DNA of 64,000 nucleotides from Epiperipatus broadwayi. Its lineage: Eukaryota > Animalia > Onychophora. The DNA lies in the NCBI GenBank assembly GCA_028023455.1, contig JAQFVV010000002.1:8122001-8186000 (forward strand). The letters are read 5' to 3'. A program made the translations under genes and the position numbers. Every line of letters starts with the position of its first letter. Position 1 is the first letter of the stretch. This document shows positions 51,950 through 64,000 of the stretch, one piece after another. Under the pieces are notes generated by a model, which ran no database searches, was not told the origin of the DNA, and worked only from the letters and a program-made list of their open reading frames with translations.

Positions 51950-53095
51950 TTTATAGTTTGTCTCAATATCGGTAATTGTCTCTAAATATAGATTTTTCAA
52001 ATAATTTGGAATATTTTGTAGTATAGTATTGAATTAGCAGTCATTTCAAAAAAGTATGCTATAGCAATATCACCTTTGTATATGCGCTAGATAGACAATG
52101 TTCTTATCTATGCTGAAGAAAAAACAATTATTGATATATGGGATGAATTATGCCAATTATATTCTTTGATTTGGACTATAGAAAATGAAATTACATCAAA
52201 TGGTGTAAGGTTTTTAGATATGTATATCCAACATTCAAATACAAAAATAGATTATAAAATATTTATAAAACCCATCAGCATTCGGGGTATAATTTATCCA
52301 TGTTCATAGACTCCAATTTCGCATAAATTGATTGACTTTAAAAAAATTTTCTATAGAAACTATAAATAATGCAAGTTTGATGCAGAAGGAAAGGACAGCC
52401 TTGAAAACTATATAAAAGACTTAATCAATTTAGGGTATAATATTAATATATTAAATAAAACTCTTAAAAGGTTCTATTCATCTTTAAATACCAGGAACAT
52501 TAATAACAATATTAATGCATGGATCAGCCTTCCTTCTGTATCGCATATATCTAAAAAGATGAAAACAATCTGTAATCCCGGCTAATCTTAATCAAATGTT
52601 GAATAGCACTAAAGATAAATTATCTCCAGATCAAGGTCTCAAAATACTTTATAAATTACATGCAATGAATCAACACGTAATGCAATTTATTATGGTGAGT
52701 CATGTGCCAACTCTACTGCAAGATTAGCGCAACACAAATAAATATACAAACACGCTAAAACAGATGCCAAAATTAACTCTATATATTTAGATAATGAATT
52801 TGAATCTGGCCACAATTTCGAGTCACTTAATATTAAAGTTGTTTGCGATGAATGCAATGATTGAGGGAAAAAATATAAAAAGACAAATAACATCAACGCA
52901 ATAAACAAAAAAGACTAGTGCATTGCATTATCATGTAAATTGCATATTTCAAATATTTAACTTATAAATTTTATTTATATCAATTTATATTAGTTCTATG
53001 AATTTTAGAGACGTAGTCGAAAGCAATGCTAAGAAGTAAATTTTTCTAATAACTTATAATATTTCCAGAATAGGGTACCTTCACTCAAATTAAAA
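51950..53095 (+). mobile_element. Second Penelope-like element copy, inverted relative to the first
   Basis: YAR-IDNV (YxDD-like) at about 52,085; FLDMYI; GKDSLENYIKDLINLGYNINILNKTL; DKLSPDQ; AIYYGES..RLAQHK..GHNF. Reverse complement aligns with 50,070-51,200. Confidence 0.82.
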
Positions 53096-56000
53096 AAAGA
53101 AGAAATCTAAATGAGTTATCATTAGTTCATAAAGTTTTCACAATGTGTGGCTAATTTCATTAAAGTGCCATTCTGGAGGATGGATAGCAGATATAAAAAT
53201 TGATGGTTTCAAACTAACCAATCCCTCGATCAAATTATCAGTATATATTTTTTTCAAAACCATTATCTGCTGCTGTAAAAATATGTCATTAATACATATA
53301 TATGATTGTATTATTATTGTCGAAATTATTACAAGCCAGAAATAGATATCGCCACAGACTGCTATCATTTATTCCTTTTGCCTGCATTTCCTAACAAATC
53401 ATTATTAGAAGACAACAGCTAGATTAGATAACAAAATGAAGATAATTTCTATGTTTCAATAATAATTTAAAAATATTAAAATGAATTTTTCATCATAAAT
53501 TTTTTTCTCTATAATCGTTATTTATTTGCTTTTATAATAATTATCATTTTCGTAATAATGATTAAATTTGAAGTTTTATTAACGTGTTTTGTTAAAATTT
53601 TTATGAATAAAAGAAAATTTTAAAATGCTTTACTTGTTTAAGTTTGAAATGCGAAATACTAAAACAGTGATTTATTTTTATTCTGTTAAATGTATTAAAC
53701 ATTCTGGCATAGAACAAATGCTGCAAAATGATTTATTTTTATTTTGTTAAAACATATTAAATATTTTGGGTCATTCTTGATCACAAAAGTAATAAAATTC
53801 GAAGTATATAAATGGTGCATAACTTAAAATGTATTTCATAATTATTGGATAAATTGTAAAACACATAATGGCATTCAGTGACCAAGGGATTATTCAATTT
53901 TTTAAGTGGGAATTGGTGATAATACATGCATTGACAAGTTTAAAGTATTGATAGTATAACTCTAGTAGCAGCAATATAAATAAAAGGGCATACTAAGATC
54001 TTTTTAGTTTCACCTATTTCAAATTGTGTTGAAAATAAAATCTTATGATTTTGATAGAAAATAATAGGATGAATTCGAATCTAGGAAAAAAAACTTTGAA
54101 TTAACATTTTTTTGATTGTAAATAAAATAGTAAAAGTCGGCAAAGAATTTTCTCTTTTGTAATGCGTATTATATAAAGAAAACAAACTCATATCTTTCTT
54201 TTGGTAAGGAAAGACAAAGAAATATTTTTCTCTGGGGTCTGAGATAGAAGACCAGTCATGCTGCAAATAATAAAGAAGATAATCAATCTACATTATGGTA
54301 TGTGCAATAGCTAATGAAGCAGACAGTAAGCAGTTAGTCATTCAGCAGTCAAAATTCATTCCTACTGTGGATTGAAAGAATTCTAAATGCCAAAATATAC
54401 ATTAAAACAGTGGAAGTGCGCTGTGCAAAGAATTTGTCTTCCTGCTAATTGAAATTACAAGCTTATAATAGAAGCTATAAGACTGTTTTACTATACTAGA
54501 AAATTTTTTACCATGAAAGGCTCACAATAACAAGTAGAACATCAGTTGAAAACCCTGAACATGCAGCACAACCCAGTAAGACACCTACATAAAATTATAT
54601 TACCACCTCTTACAATCTACAAGAAAAAAAAGGACTACACAGCCAAATTGCCGAAAACTTGCATGTACTTGATATGTACAATACTAATACAAAGCTAATT
54701 TACATGTTCAATGTGTGAAAAAAAGATACATTTCTTGAAATTTTATGAAAAGACAGACTGTAATTGAAGAGAAGAAAACATATCTAAAATCTAGGAGAGC
54801 TGATGTTAAATATTGGTGAATGAGAAGATATTAAAAGATTACGCTATTCCTTTTTATAGTATGGAAAAAGATTTTTAAAGTTATGAAGATTAAAAAAAAA
54901 CTCTATATTGTGTAATGGTATCCAGTATTTAATTAAAAGTTTAAACCCAAACTGAAAGTATATTGGTTGAGGAAATGTGTTTCACTTCATATATATATAA
55001 AAGTGTGCAAGGAGTTAATAAAAAATAAGAATTGAAATAGATGAATCGTTTGCTGAAAGAAAAAAAAATATTAATGATTGTATGTTTTACTTTATGTCTG
55101 TACATGAAATTACTAAATGAGAAGAAACTAAATATTTGAATTTGTTTTTTTGGAAATGGACTCAATATTATATGATTTTTATATATCATATTACCAAATA
55201 GGAAGAAACTAAATATCTAAATTTGTTTATTGGAAATAGATTCAATATCATACAATTGATTTTTTTATATCTATACATGAAATTACTAAATGGGAAAAAA
55301 AATAGAATATATGAACTATTTTTATTAAAATGATTTTATGCACAATTGGAAATGTAAATTATTTAGTTACAATCAAACTAACTACATTTTATTTTATTAA
55401 TGAATGGTTATTTTATTATTTATTAATTTATTTGTTTTCCATAAGATTAAATGTTATAGTCTTAACACACACATGATAGTTCATAAAAATATCCACAGCT
55501 CTGGGAACATGCTAACTATTGAAGGATATGCTGGGGGTATTACTGTAAAGATTGATAAATGATTATTATCTTAAATAATTCCAAGTAAATATTCTCTTTT
55601 TGAAGAGGGTTGGCAGCTAGAGTTTCTTCAAATAGAAATCTATAACAAATAGAATACTTTAGTGATTGTGATAATAAAACCATAATCATTATCCTCATTA
55701 TTTAATTAGTTATGATGATTTAAACCAGAATTTATAAGGTTGACAAATATATGTAATGAGATATTCTTAGATTTATCATTATAGATATGCTTGTGGAACA
55801 TGAAATATCTTATATTTATTGTATATATCATTAGTTTGGTTCACACCTGAATTACTGAAATATTACCACTACATAAGATTGGTTAATGCATTTTTATTGT
55901 ACAATAGACATTTAGTTTATGATATATTATTGATCCAAAGTGTAACATTCATTAAGATGTTCTTTATTAAATATTTTGCTAAGGACATGGGTGAGTCAAC

Positions 56001-59000
56001 CTTTGTGTTATGTGGTATTAAGAATGGCTTATCATGATAATAAAATATATGAGTATGTATTCACTATTTATATATATGTTCTATGAAATGCTATTAAATA
56101 TATTACTGCTGCTATCCAGATTTATATTCTTAAAGAGTAAAGTTCTTGTGTATTTATAATGTATACATACTACCCATTGCTCCATTCTCTATGGATTCAT
56201 TATAATGCTTACCCTTAATACTAATTACATATTCAAGACTATTTAGGTTTCTTTGTCTTTATAAAAAACTTGCCAATCTTGTGTATATTTGTCAATTTCC
56301 AGTACATGAAATTTGAGCATTAGCAGTCATAACAATTGTATCATTTTTTTTTTGCAAAAATAATTTACCTTTAAATTTACTCAACATATACTATCACTTC
56401 ATTATTTACTAGTGCTTAGTAGATTAATTAAATGGGAGTACGAGCTTAGTACATTTATATAAAGGGTATGCAATAGTTCCTGATTTCTGTGACTGTGAAG
56501 GCTATTAATAAAAGAAGTGACTTTGTATTGTTGATGAAATTGAATATTGGTATTACACTGTTAGGAAAATTAACTTCTTTCCATGAGTCTTGGAAATTTA
56601 TGGTAGCCTGAAATCAGGACAAAGTCTAAGCTTTTAATCTAATGGCATTTCTGGCAAATGTGGTATCAATTTAGGCAAATCCAGCACCCATTCCAATAAA
56701 TATATATGACATAAAAAATTATTAAATCATTTTTTTCTTATTTTGAGGATCAGTTCCAGTTCTTGCTATATATATATATCAAAATAAAGAAGCAATCAGA
56801 CTATCTAGCTAGAATGTATGATTGCAGATGCCTCATCCCTATCATAAATAATGAATCTACAGCCACAGAAAATAAAAAAAAAATATTTAATTGAAATTGC
56901 AATTATTGCTACAAAATGATGTAAAATTCAAAGAAACCTTCAAAATTAAACTTTGATAACTAAATAAAATACAAAATTTTTTTCAAAGTAAAAAATAAAA
57001 AATAGAAGTGCTAGTGCATAGTAAAACAAAAAGAATCTCAACTTTATGGACTCAACTGTATCTAGTTCCATTGCTTTCAGCTATTAAACTCCATTCCATG
57101 AATGAAATAAGACTGTGCCCAATAAATTTCCATAAATCTCAATTATACAAAATTAAAAAGAATTTGAAGCTAAAAAGACTATAAAATATGACCTAAAACA
57201 ATTAATTTTTTTAAAAAATATGTGATTCTTACCACCCTAAAATATAATGTATTTATCATTTCAAATATGTTTTTATGTAATTCACTTCCATCACAGATAA
57301 ATCTTAGTTTTAAATGTACAAGTTATTTATTATTATTAAAATATAAAGAAATATATAACTTTGATATCAATCTATACATCCCATCAGATTCAGATTTTCT
57401 TGATAAATGTAAATAAAAGATCGTGCTAAAGAGTATTAGAGCTCTGACACTGAAGTGTAACACCATTATAAAAGAATTAGTTTAATTCTAGATATACTTT
57501 TGAAACAATATCTAACTATTGAAAGATTTAATTGATAATATAGTTAAATACTTAAATATATGTAATGTATAATTGAATATTTAAAATGGTAGGACGTAAA
57601 AATATTACTAATATAATTAATTATACAAACTACGAAAAAAATTAGCAGGTCAATTCTATTGAAAAAAGATATTTAAGGATGTGTGAGTATTTATTAAAAT
57701 GGAATATTAAAATCAAAAAAATTGTTTTATTAGTTTCATCTTAAAATTTTTTTTTGTCTGTGTAAACATACATATGTATTAGTAAAATGATGCTAAAGTT
57801 ATTTTAAAAAGCTGATAATTATAATGTGTTTAAGCCATTGTGACTACTGAAGGATGATAATAATACTCTCAACTATAGCTCTGACAGAGAAGTTATTAGT
57901 AAATAATAATATAAGCTCGTTAAGCTAAGAAAGCAATCACAAAGTACACGTAGTGCTACCAGTGATTGTTTATATAGTTTGATAAGGTTACAAAAATATT
58001 AAAACAAAAAATAAAGTGTGCCACTTGAATCAAAGTCCAGACCAGGGTGATGATCTATCCAAATTGATGTACAATCAAAGTTCAATGTTGAAAGTTTATT
58101 ATTTATCCTAATCATGAGAATAAAAAACCAAAGACAGTCATTATGATTATTCTTCAGTTGAAACATTATTTTATATATTTTATTGAAATCATATACTATT
58201 ATTAAACACTATAAGATGTGAAAAACCAGACTATAAAATTAGATCATCTTTTATGTATACGTTTAAACCACATATAGCTATATCTCCATAAAATATCTTA
58301 GTTGTTATTTTTAGGAATTAGGGATATTGATTGGTCAAACTTATTTTATATTTCATAAATATTAATTATTACTCTGGTTCACTTGCACAAAATTCCATTA
58401 TATGTTTAACTATTATGTGTGCATGCTAATAAATACATTAATTTACATTTTGAAAAAATTAAAATTCACCAAAACAGGGATATTTGAAATTTCAGTAATG
58501 TACTATATTGCAATTATAAAATTATAATTTTATTATTATAAACATTTTAGTTATGATGTGTTAATACTTTAGATCATATGAAAGTATAGTTAAGATTGAC
58601 CATTTATTTAATATACTGCCTATGATTAGACTTGTGGCAAATAATATGTGCCAGTTTACAATATATATGAAATATTGTATTTTCAAAATTTAAGTCAGCT
58701 TCCATAGGATTCACATTGACTTTTGATAATATCAATTAGTTTTTGACATATTGAAAAATGTTGCTTGTTTTTATTAAAACATAGTTCATATAAAATAGTT
58801 TTATAATAAACTAGTTACTTATTAAGTAAATAAAATTCTTATCACAGTACTCAATAGATGAGGAAGACAGTAATGAGAAGACCAGACATGAAAAAAAAAT
58901 TAGAATATACCACAAAATTCATATTTAATCATTATATGTATTTATTGTGAATAATAGACATCAAAATGCAAAGAGGGGAAACAATTTTGGTATTTCATCT

Positions 59001-59657
59001 TTTTAAACCCATTGCAAATCTGTATACATTTTGATATCTTGCATGATGATCATGCCTCTTACCCACCAATTACAAGTAGTACATATATCAGTATCAATTA
59101 TATCATATCAAATTAAATCAAATGAAAAAAAAAGAGCAGACTACTTTATCTATATACCGTGAACAATCATATATACCCACTATTATTTGCACCATGCCTT
59201 ATTAGGATGATCATTACAATATATATTAGTGTACTAAACATTTTACACACACTAAGTTTTTTAAGAATATAATATTCAGTGTTTGCCAGAATACCACATT
59301 TAAATATATTTAATATTTTTATTATAAAATATATCTATTCTATAAACAATGAGAAAATAAATATCATTTTCTCGAGTATCTAAATAGGAAATCAATATTA
59401 CATTAGGTTAAAATATTATGCAAATTTTCAGATTTGTTTACTCATTTATTTAGAAAATGTATCTGTTAATATTTATTTTATATAAAATACAAGTTTTAAA
59501 CTGCTTTTTCACTTATTTGCAAAATAGTTTTGTATAGGTCAAACATGTAATGGTTAAATGTCCACAAATGCAATTACCTCATTGCAGATAGCAAAATTCA
59601 TTAAAATTTCCCACCCCACAGAAACAAACTAAAATTAATGTTAAAACCAAGTTGTAC

Positions 59658-60035
59658 CTGAAAAATGTTCTTTTAATTCGTCTTCACTAATGCTGTGAGG
59701 TAAATTGCCTACAAACACTTGCTGACAATCAGGATACCGTGATGTCATTCTTCGAGTTTCATTCTCAGCTATATCTCCATCACCACCACGACCAGAACCA
59801 CTGGCACTTCGATTATTTCGGGAGTTCATCCTATCCCGAGATTGACGGGCATTGCGTTGAGGTGCTGGTGGTTGATTACCTGGCAAACATGCTTCAATTT
59901 TTAAGTTATCTACTTTTGAAAACACTGGATTTGACCCCGAAGTGTTTTTGATAACCATCGAATTAGAGCTCATACCAGGAATACTGGAAGGAGGTGTGCT
60001 TTTACTCACAACATTAGCAAATGTTTTAGGACCAC
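59658..60035 (-). CDS. G3BP: G3BP/Rasputin internal exon (378 nt): PxxP/Arg-rich linker plus RRM start
   Basis: Acceptor ttttaag, donor GTACAA. GPKTFANVVSKSTPP resembles G3BP RTFSWASVTSKNLPP; RRMTSRYPDCQQVFVGNLPHSISEDELKEHFS resembles [30 protein letters not shown]. Confidence 0.92.
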
Positions 60036-62375
60036 CTTAAAAAGATTCACTCACATTAATTTATTAAATTTAATTAATAAATATTATAACAAATATATTT
60101 TATTTTTATTAAAATTAAACTAAATTAAGTAACAAAAAATTCATTAGAAAGAATACATTTCTAATTACTAGCAATATTTAAACTTTACTAAATGCCTCTG
60201 TTCACTGTTTCATTATCAATATATAGTCACTATATATATATTAAAATAAAAAATTTGTACACTTGTAAATTTCATTCCTCTCTAAGCCCAGCACATCTAT
60301 CGTAATCTTGCATAGTAATTCATTCACATTTATGTAGTCTATGAAAATATTGGATATTATTATTTGTATGTTTAGACTACTAAATTATTAAATTCATTTA
60401 GAATGATTTTAAAGACCAAAGTTAGTAAAAAATAAAATTCTGCCAACCTTTAAAAAATAAATAAATAAATCAATGAAGTATTTTACATCATAAAGTCAAA
60501 ATTATTTAATTTTGTGTGTGTGTGTGTGTACAGAAATTAGCTACTTATTCAATGACAACAAACTGTTCAATCATGAAATTGTGCTGCATGCTACGATTGC
60601 TTGTACTCCTGAAATTAGTAGTCATATTCAGAGTACATGAAAAATGTTTCGTGTTGATTTAAAGTGGCTTTAAATTTATGGGTGTAGAATATGAGCAAAA
60701 AGAATATTTCATTACATAGTTGAGTGTTATATCAGAAAGAATTAATTAGATCTATGTGAAGAATTTAATAAAAGATTCACTGAAGCAAATGACACCAAAC
60801 CACTTGCTACAAACAAAGAATGATAGTACAGATTCAGAAATTTCTATGAAATTAAAATAAAAACACTTCATAGCTGTTTTTAAAATTGGCAAAATTGCTA
60901 CTATTATTATTAGATTTGCACTTTAAAGGAGTTTTAAATGAGGGTTTAATTTCCTATCCAAACTGTTGCTAAGATTATTTGAAACAAAAAAATGACTACA
61001 ATCTGTACATGCAAATATTATTTGAAATTTTTTGAATTAGCATCATCATATCTTTTACATTTTATCACCAATTTTCATTGTAAAAAGAATGAAGTATAAT
61101 TTCACATAAAATAAAAAAGGACATAAACAGCTTGATGGCTATTAAATTTGTATTATTTTATTGACAGTCATTGTAATAGTAGATTATTAATCCTCCTTAT
61201 TGCGGAATTTCACAGTAAGTGCAAGCTGTGCACTACTTTTGATTTACCCAGGATTTATCTGGGAAAGTCTATTTTTATTATATATCAGTAAATAGTTTTA
61301 GATTGTTTTATTTTTCAATAGTTGAAACTTAAAATTAAGCATAAATACTGCTTTTATATGATGAATTTAGACAGTAACATTTATTTAGGCAAGTTATCAA
61401 AAAAAAAAAAAAAACAGTAATGGTATGTATACTGAACCCTATGGCTTAATGACGTTTTTCACACAATGCACATCAATATACCAGTTTAGCGGCCTTAACT
61501 TATGGCTGACACTACAATAGGTGTTGTTTGAGCAGTAACAGGCCGCCTGAGGACGATGTATTCTATGATTACGTACAAAATACTATGCCCGTTGCATTGC
61601 GACAGTATTGCTCAAGTGAACGCTACTGAACTCTCGCTACGGTCTGATTTGATGGCGGCTGTATTTGAAAAAGGCGAAACTCTCCAAAAATTCATTGTCA
61701 GAAATTTTTTTAAAAAACGTAGTGGAATTAATATTACATATTAAGAAATGTCATGTCATCACACACAATTCCCTATGGTTTTGAACTGTACACAACTTCA
61801 AAAAGTTATTCTTTTCAGCAGATCTTTTCCCAATTTCATGTGCAAATGGAAGTTTATGTGTGAATCCTTGCGAGAACAGTAAAATGTTGTCTGCAAGTTG
61901 TAAAAATTGGTTGAAGCTGAGTGAATTGCTGGCCACAAAAGTTGAAAAAGTGACTTTTTTTTTTTTGTTTTGGTTCCCTGTTATTTTATTTGCATGTACA
62001 TTTGGCCGCTATATTTTTTATGCCCCCAAAAGTGATGTTTTTTACTTGTTTTGGTCACAACTTGTCCAAAGTTTATTTTATTTTTGATTCAATAAATTAT
62101 TTCATGGGAAACTGTTGTTGTTATTTTTGTTGTTCACATGATTTTAAAGTAGGTAGATAATATTTTATTTAAAAAGAAAGAAGTGTTTAAGAGTTTCTTC
62201 AAAAGGCCATAAAATAATAATAAACAACTAGGTGTTAACATAGATGTTAAAAAAAATCAAAAAAGAAGTCGATAATTAAAAATCAAAACAAACCTTCCCC
62301 ACCAGCCCCCCCCCCCCAAAAAAAAAGTGTTTTACAAAAACTAACTGTCTATGTCTTTTTTAAAAAGGCCAAAAA

Positions 62376-63995
62376 TTAAGGAAAAACTTTTCGCTATCAT
62401 ATAAAGGCCTCATAATAAATTAAAAAAAAAAAAAAGACGACAATTACAAATCAAAACAACCACTCCCCTCCACCCTCTAAAAAGCAAGTGTTGGTTTATT
62501 CAAGATACTCATCCTATGGCTAAAGACGCCGCTCTATGGCGTGGTTTTCGCGCTAAAACACATAAAAATGCCGTTTCCACGGCCGACATGTTCGAACCCG
62601 CGTTTTCTATAATACAACTTTTTTGTTGTGCTACAGAATGCAGGCCACTATGTCACATCGCAGCAAGTACATTTTCCGAATTTGCACAGTTTATAAAATA
62701 GTTACGGCTTAATGAGAGTTTGTATTTGAATTGGATGGAAATGTTGTTTTCATTGGATTTTTTTTTATTTTAAAGTATTGAAATGTTCAGAATTTTTAAA
62801 GTAATAATTCTAAAACTTTTTACAACGTACTCTGTTGAAGTTTTAATTGGGAAAATGTTAAATATCTATGTTTTTAGTGAGTTGCAATTAGGTAATATGT
62901 CAAGTAACGTACTGTTCGTAACATTCCACGAGACAAAGAAGATTCTACTGTGTGTATATTTTTGAATTAAAAAAGAGCGATACCAAAAAAATATCCAGTT
63001 AGAAAAGTACAAATATACACGATTTTTTGTAAATTTCATAAAAGGCAAATATTATAAACATGTTTAATAAGAAAAGAAGACATTTATATGTGTTTGTTGT
63101 TGTTTAAAAAAGTTTGAGTTTCTTTCTTTTGTCCGGTACGGTTACGATTTTGAATTATTTTATTTTAGCATTACAAACAACAGAACACTAACCCTAAAAC
63201 TAACCGTAACAACTTTTACTTTTTATTGTCATTCTATTTGAAGTAAAAAATAGCCGTAATATCTCTTTGTCTGTAAAAAAAAAAAAAAAAAAGGTAAAAC
63301 GAAGACTAAAAAAATAAAAAATAGACGAAGAAATTTTACTTTTTATTACGATTATTATTTTTTAGTTAAACAACAACAACAAAAAAAGTCATAACACAAG
63401 TAAAAAAATATCCGATAGCAAATTGATAAAAAAAAAAGCCGTAACACAATTAAAAAAATATACGATCGAAAAAACACGAATCAAATCGTAATTTGTTGAT
63501 TTTATTTTACATTTATTATTATCATTTAAATTGTATACGTTAATAAAAAATAATATTTATAAAAGACGATTTTGTTTTGTCTTTATTTTCGCATTACAAA
63601 AAAACACAGCAAAATTATTATAATCAACGGCCCGGGAATGGTCATATTTTATAGTTTTAGCGTGAAAACGGCACCATCCAACGGCATCTTTATCTATAAG
63701 ACAAGCACCATTCAAAAGTACCGAATTGTTTAAGTCTTTCAAATAAAAACATTTAAAAAAAAAGAAAGAAGATAATTTAAAAGCAAACCAAAAAATTAAA
63801 AAAGAACTTTTCGTTATCATATAAAGGTTTCTGTAGCGTAAATAAATATTTGAAAAAAAAAAAGCCTCGTAATAAATTTAAAAAAAAAGAGACGATAATT
63901 ACAAATCAAAACAAACCCTCCCCTCCACCCTCTAAAAAGCAAGTGTTGGTTTATTCAAAAATACTGAATTGTTTAAGTCTTTCAAATAAAAACAT
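62376..63995. repeat. Low-complexity tandem repeat unit (62,376-62,503 and 63,710-63,995) hosting a TIR insertion
   Basis: CTTTTCG.TATCATATAAAGG...CCCTCCACCCTCTAAAAAGCAAGTGTTGGTTTATTCAA and GAATTGTTTAAGTCTTTCAAATAAAAACAT each occur twice. Confidence 0.8.
62504..63709. mobile_element. Non-autonomous TIR element (1,206 bp) with 6-bp TSD ATTCAA
   Basis: About 60-bp imperfect TIRs: GATACTCATCCTATGGCTAAAGACGCC...GCTAAAACACATAAAAAT vs reverse complement GGTGCTTGTCTTATAGATAAAGATGCC...GCTAAAACTATAAAAAT. ATTCAA at 62,498-62,503 and 63,710-63,715; empty site at about 63,945-63,975. Confidence 0.75.
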
Positions 63996-64000
63996 CCAAA

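Larger units (their letters stand above)
49725..56700. repeat. Ancient unclassified dispersed repeat, copy B (49,725-50,030 + 53,100-53,970 + 56,100-56,700)
   Basis: Same-orientation collinear homology to copy A; interrupted by the Penelope pair and by about 2.1 kb of other sequence. Confidence 0.72.

Noticed and set aside
61440-62100. GC-richer segment with short ORFs as further G3BP (NTF2-domain) exons
   Set aside because: No NTF2-like sequence or compatible splice sites; more likely a non-autonomous TE fragment.

Overview
A very AT-rich animal nuclear window. Almost all of it (8,369-59,657, about 51.3 kb) is one intron of a minus-strand G3BP/Rasputin gene: the exon at 59,658-60,035 splices in phase to a 59-nt exon at 8,310-8,368, joining the two halves of the RRM domain. 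The intron holds a near-complete, lightly decayed copy of an invertebrate mitochondrial genome (about 29.2-42.5 kb; 12 of 13 protein genes, both rRNAs, about 15-18 tRNA-like sequences, a stem-loop non-coding region). Its gene order is strongly rearranged: rrnS and rrnL lie back-to-back on opposite strands, nad1 runs directly into cob, nad2 abuts cox1, and nad6 is not visible. Many of its tRNA genes stop a few nucleotides after the anticodon arm. That pattern matches the 3'-truncated, edited mt-tRNAs reported in velvet worms (Onychophora), so the host is probably one (inference). A premature TAG in nad2, deletions in cox1 and nad3, and substitutions at near-invariant sites indicate a NUMT. The rest is layered mobile DNA: a Merlin transposon with TIRs and TSD plus related non-autonomous elements, two L1/Tx1-like LINEs, an RTE LINE, an inverted pair of Penelope-like elements, a solo-LTR-like insertion, a piggyBac fragment and two copies of an ancient unclassified repeat. 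Several insertion sites can be reconstructed from empty-site copies inside the same window. All coordinates were counted by eye; tRNA, rRNA and decayed-element boundaries are approximate.
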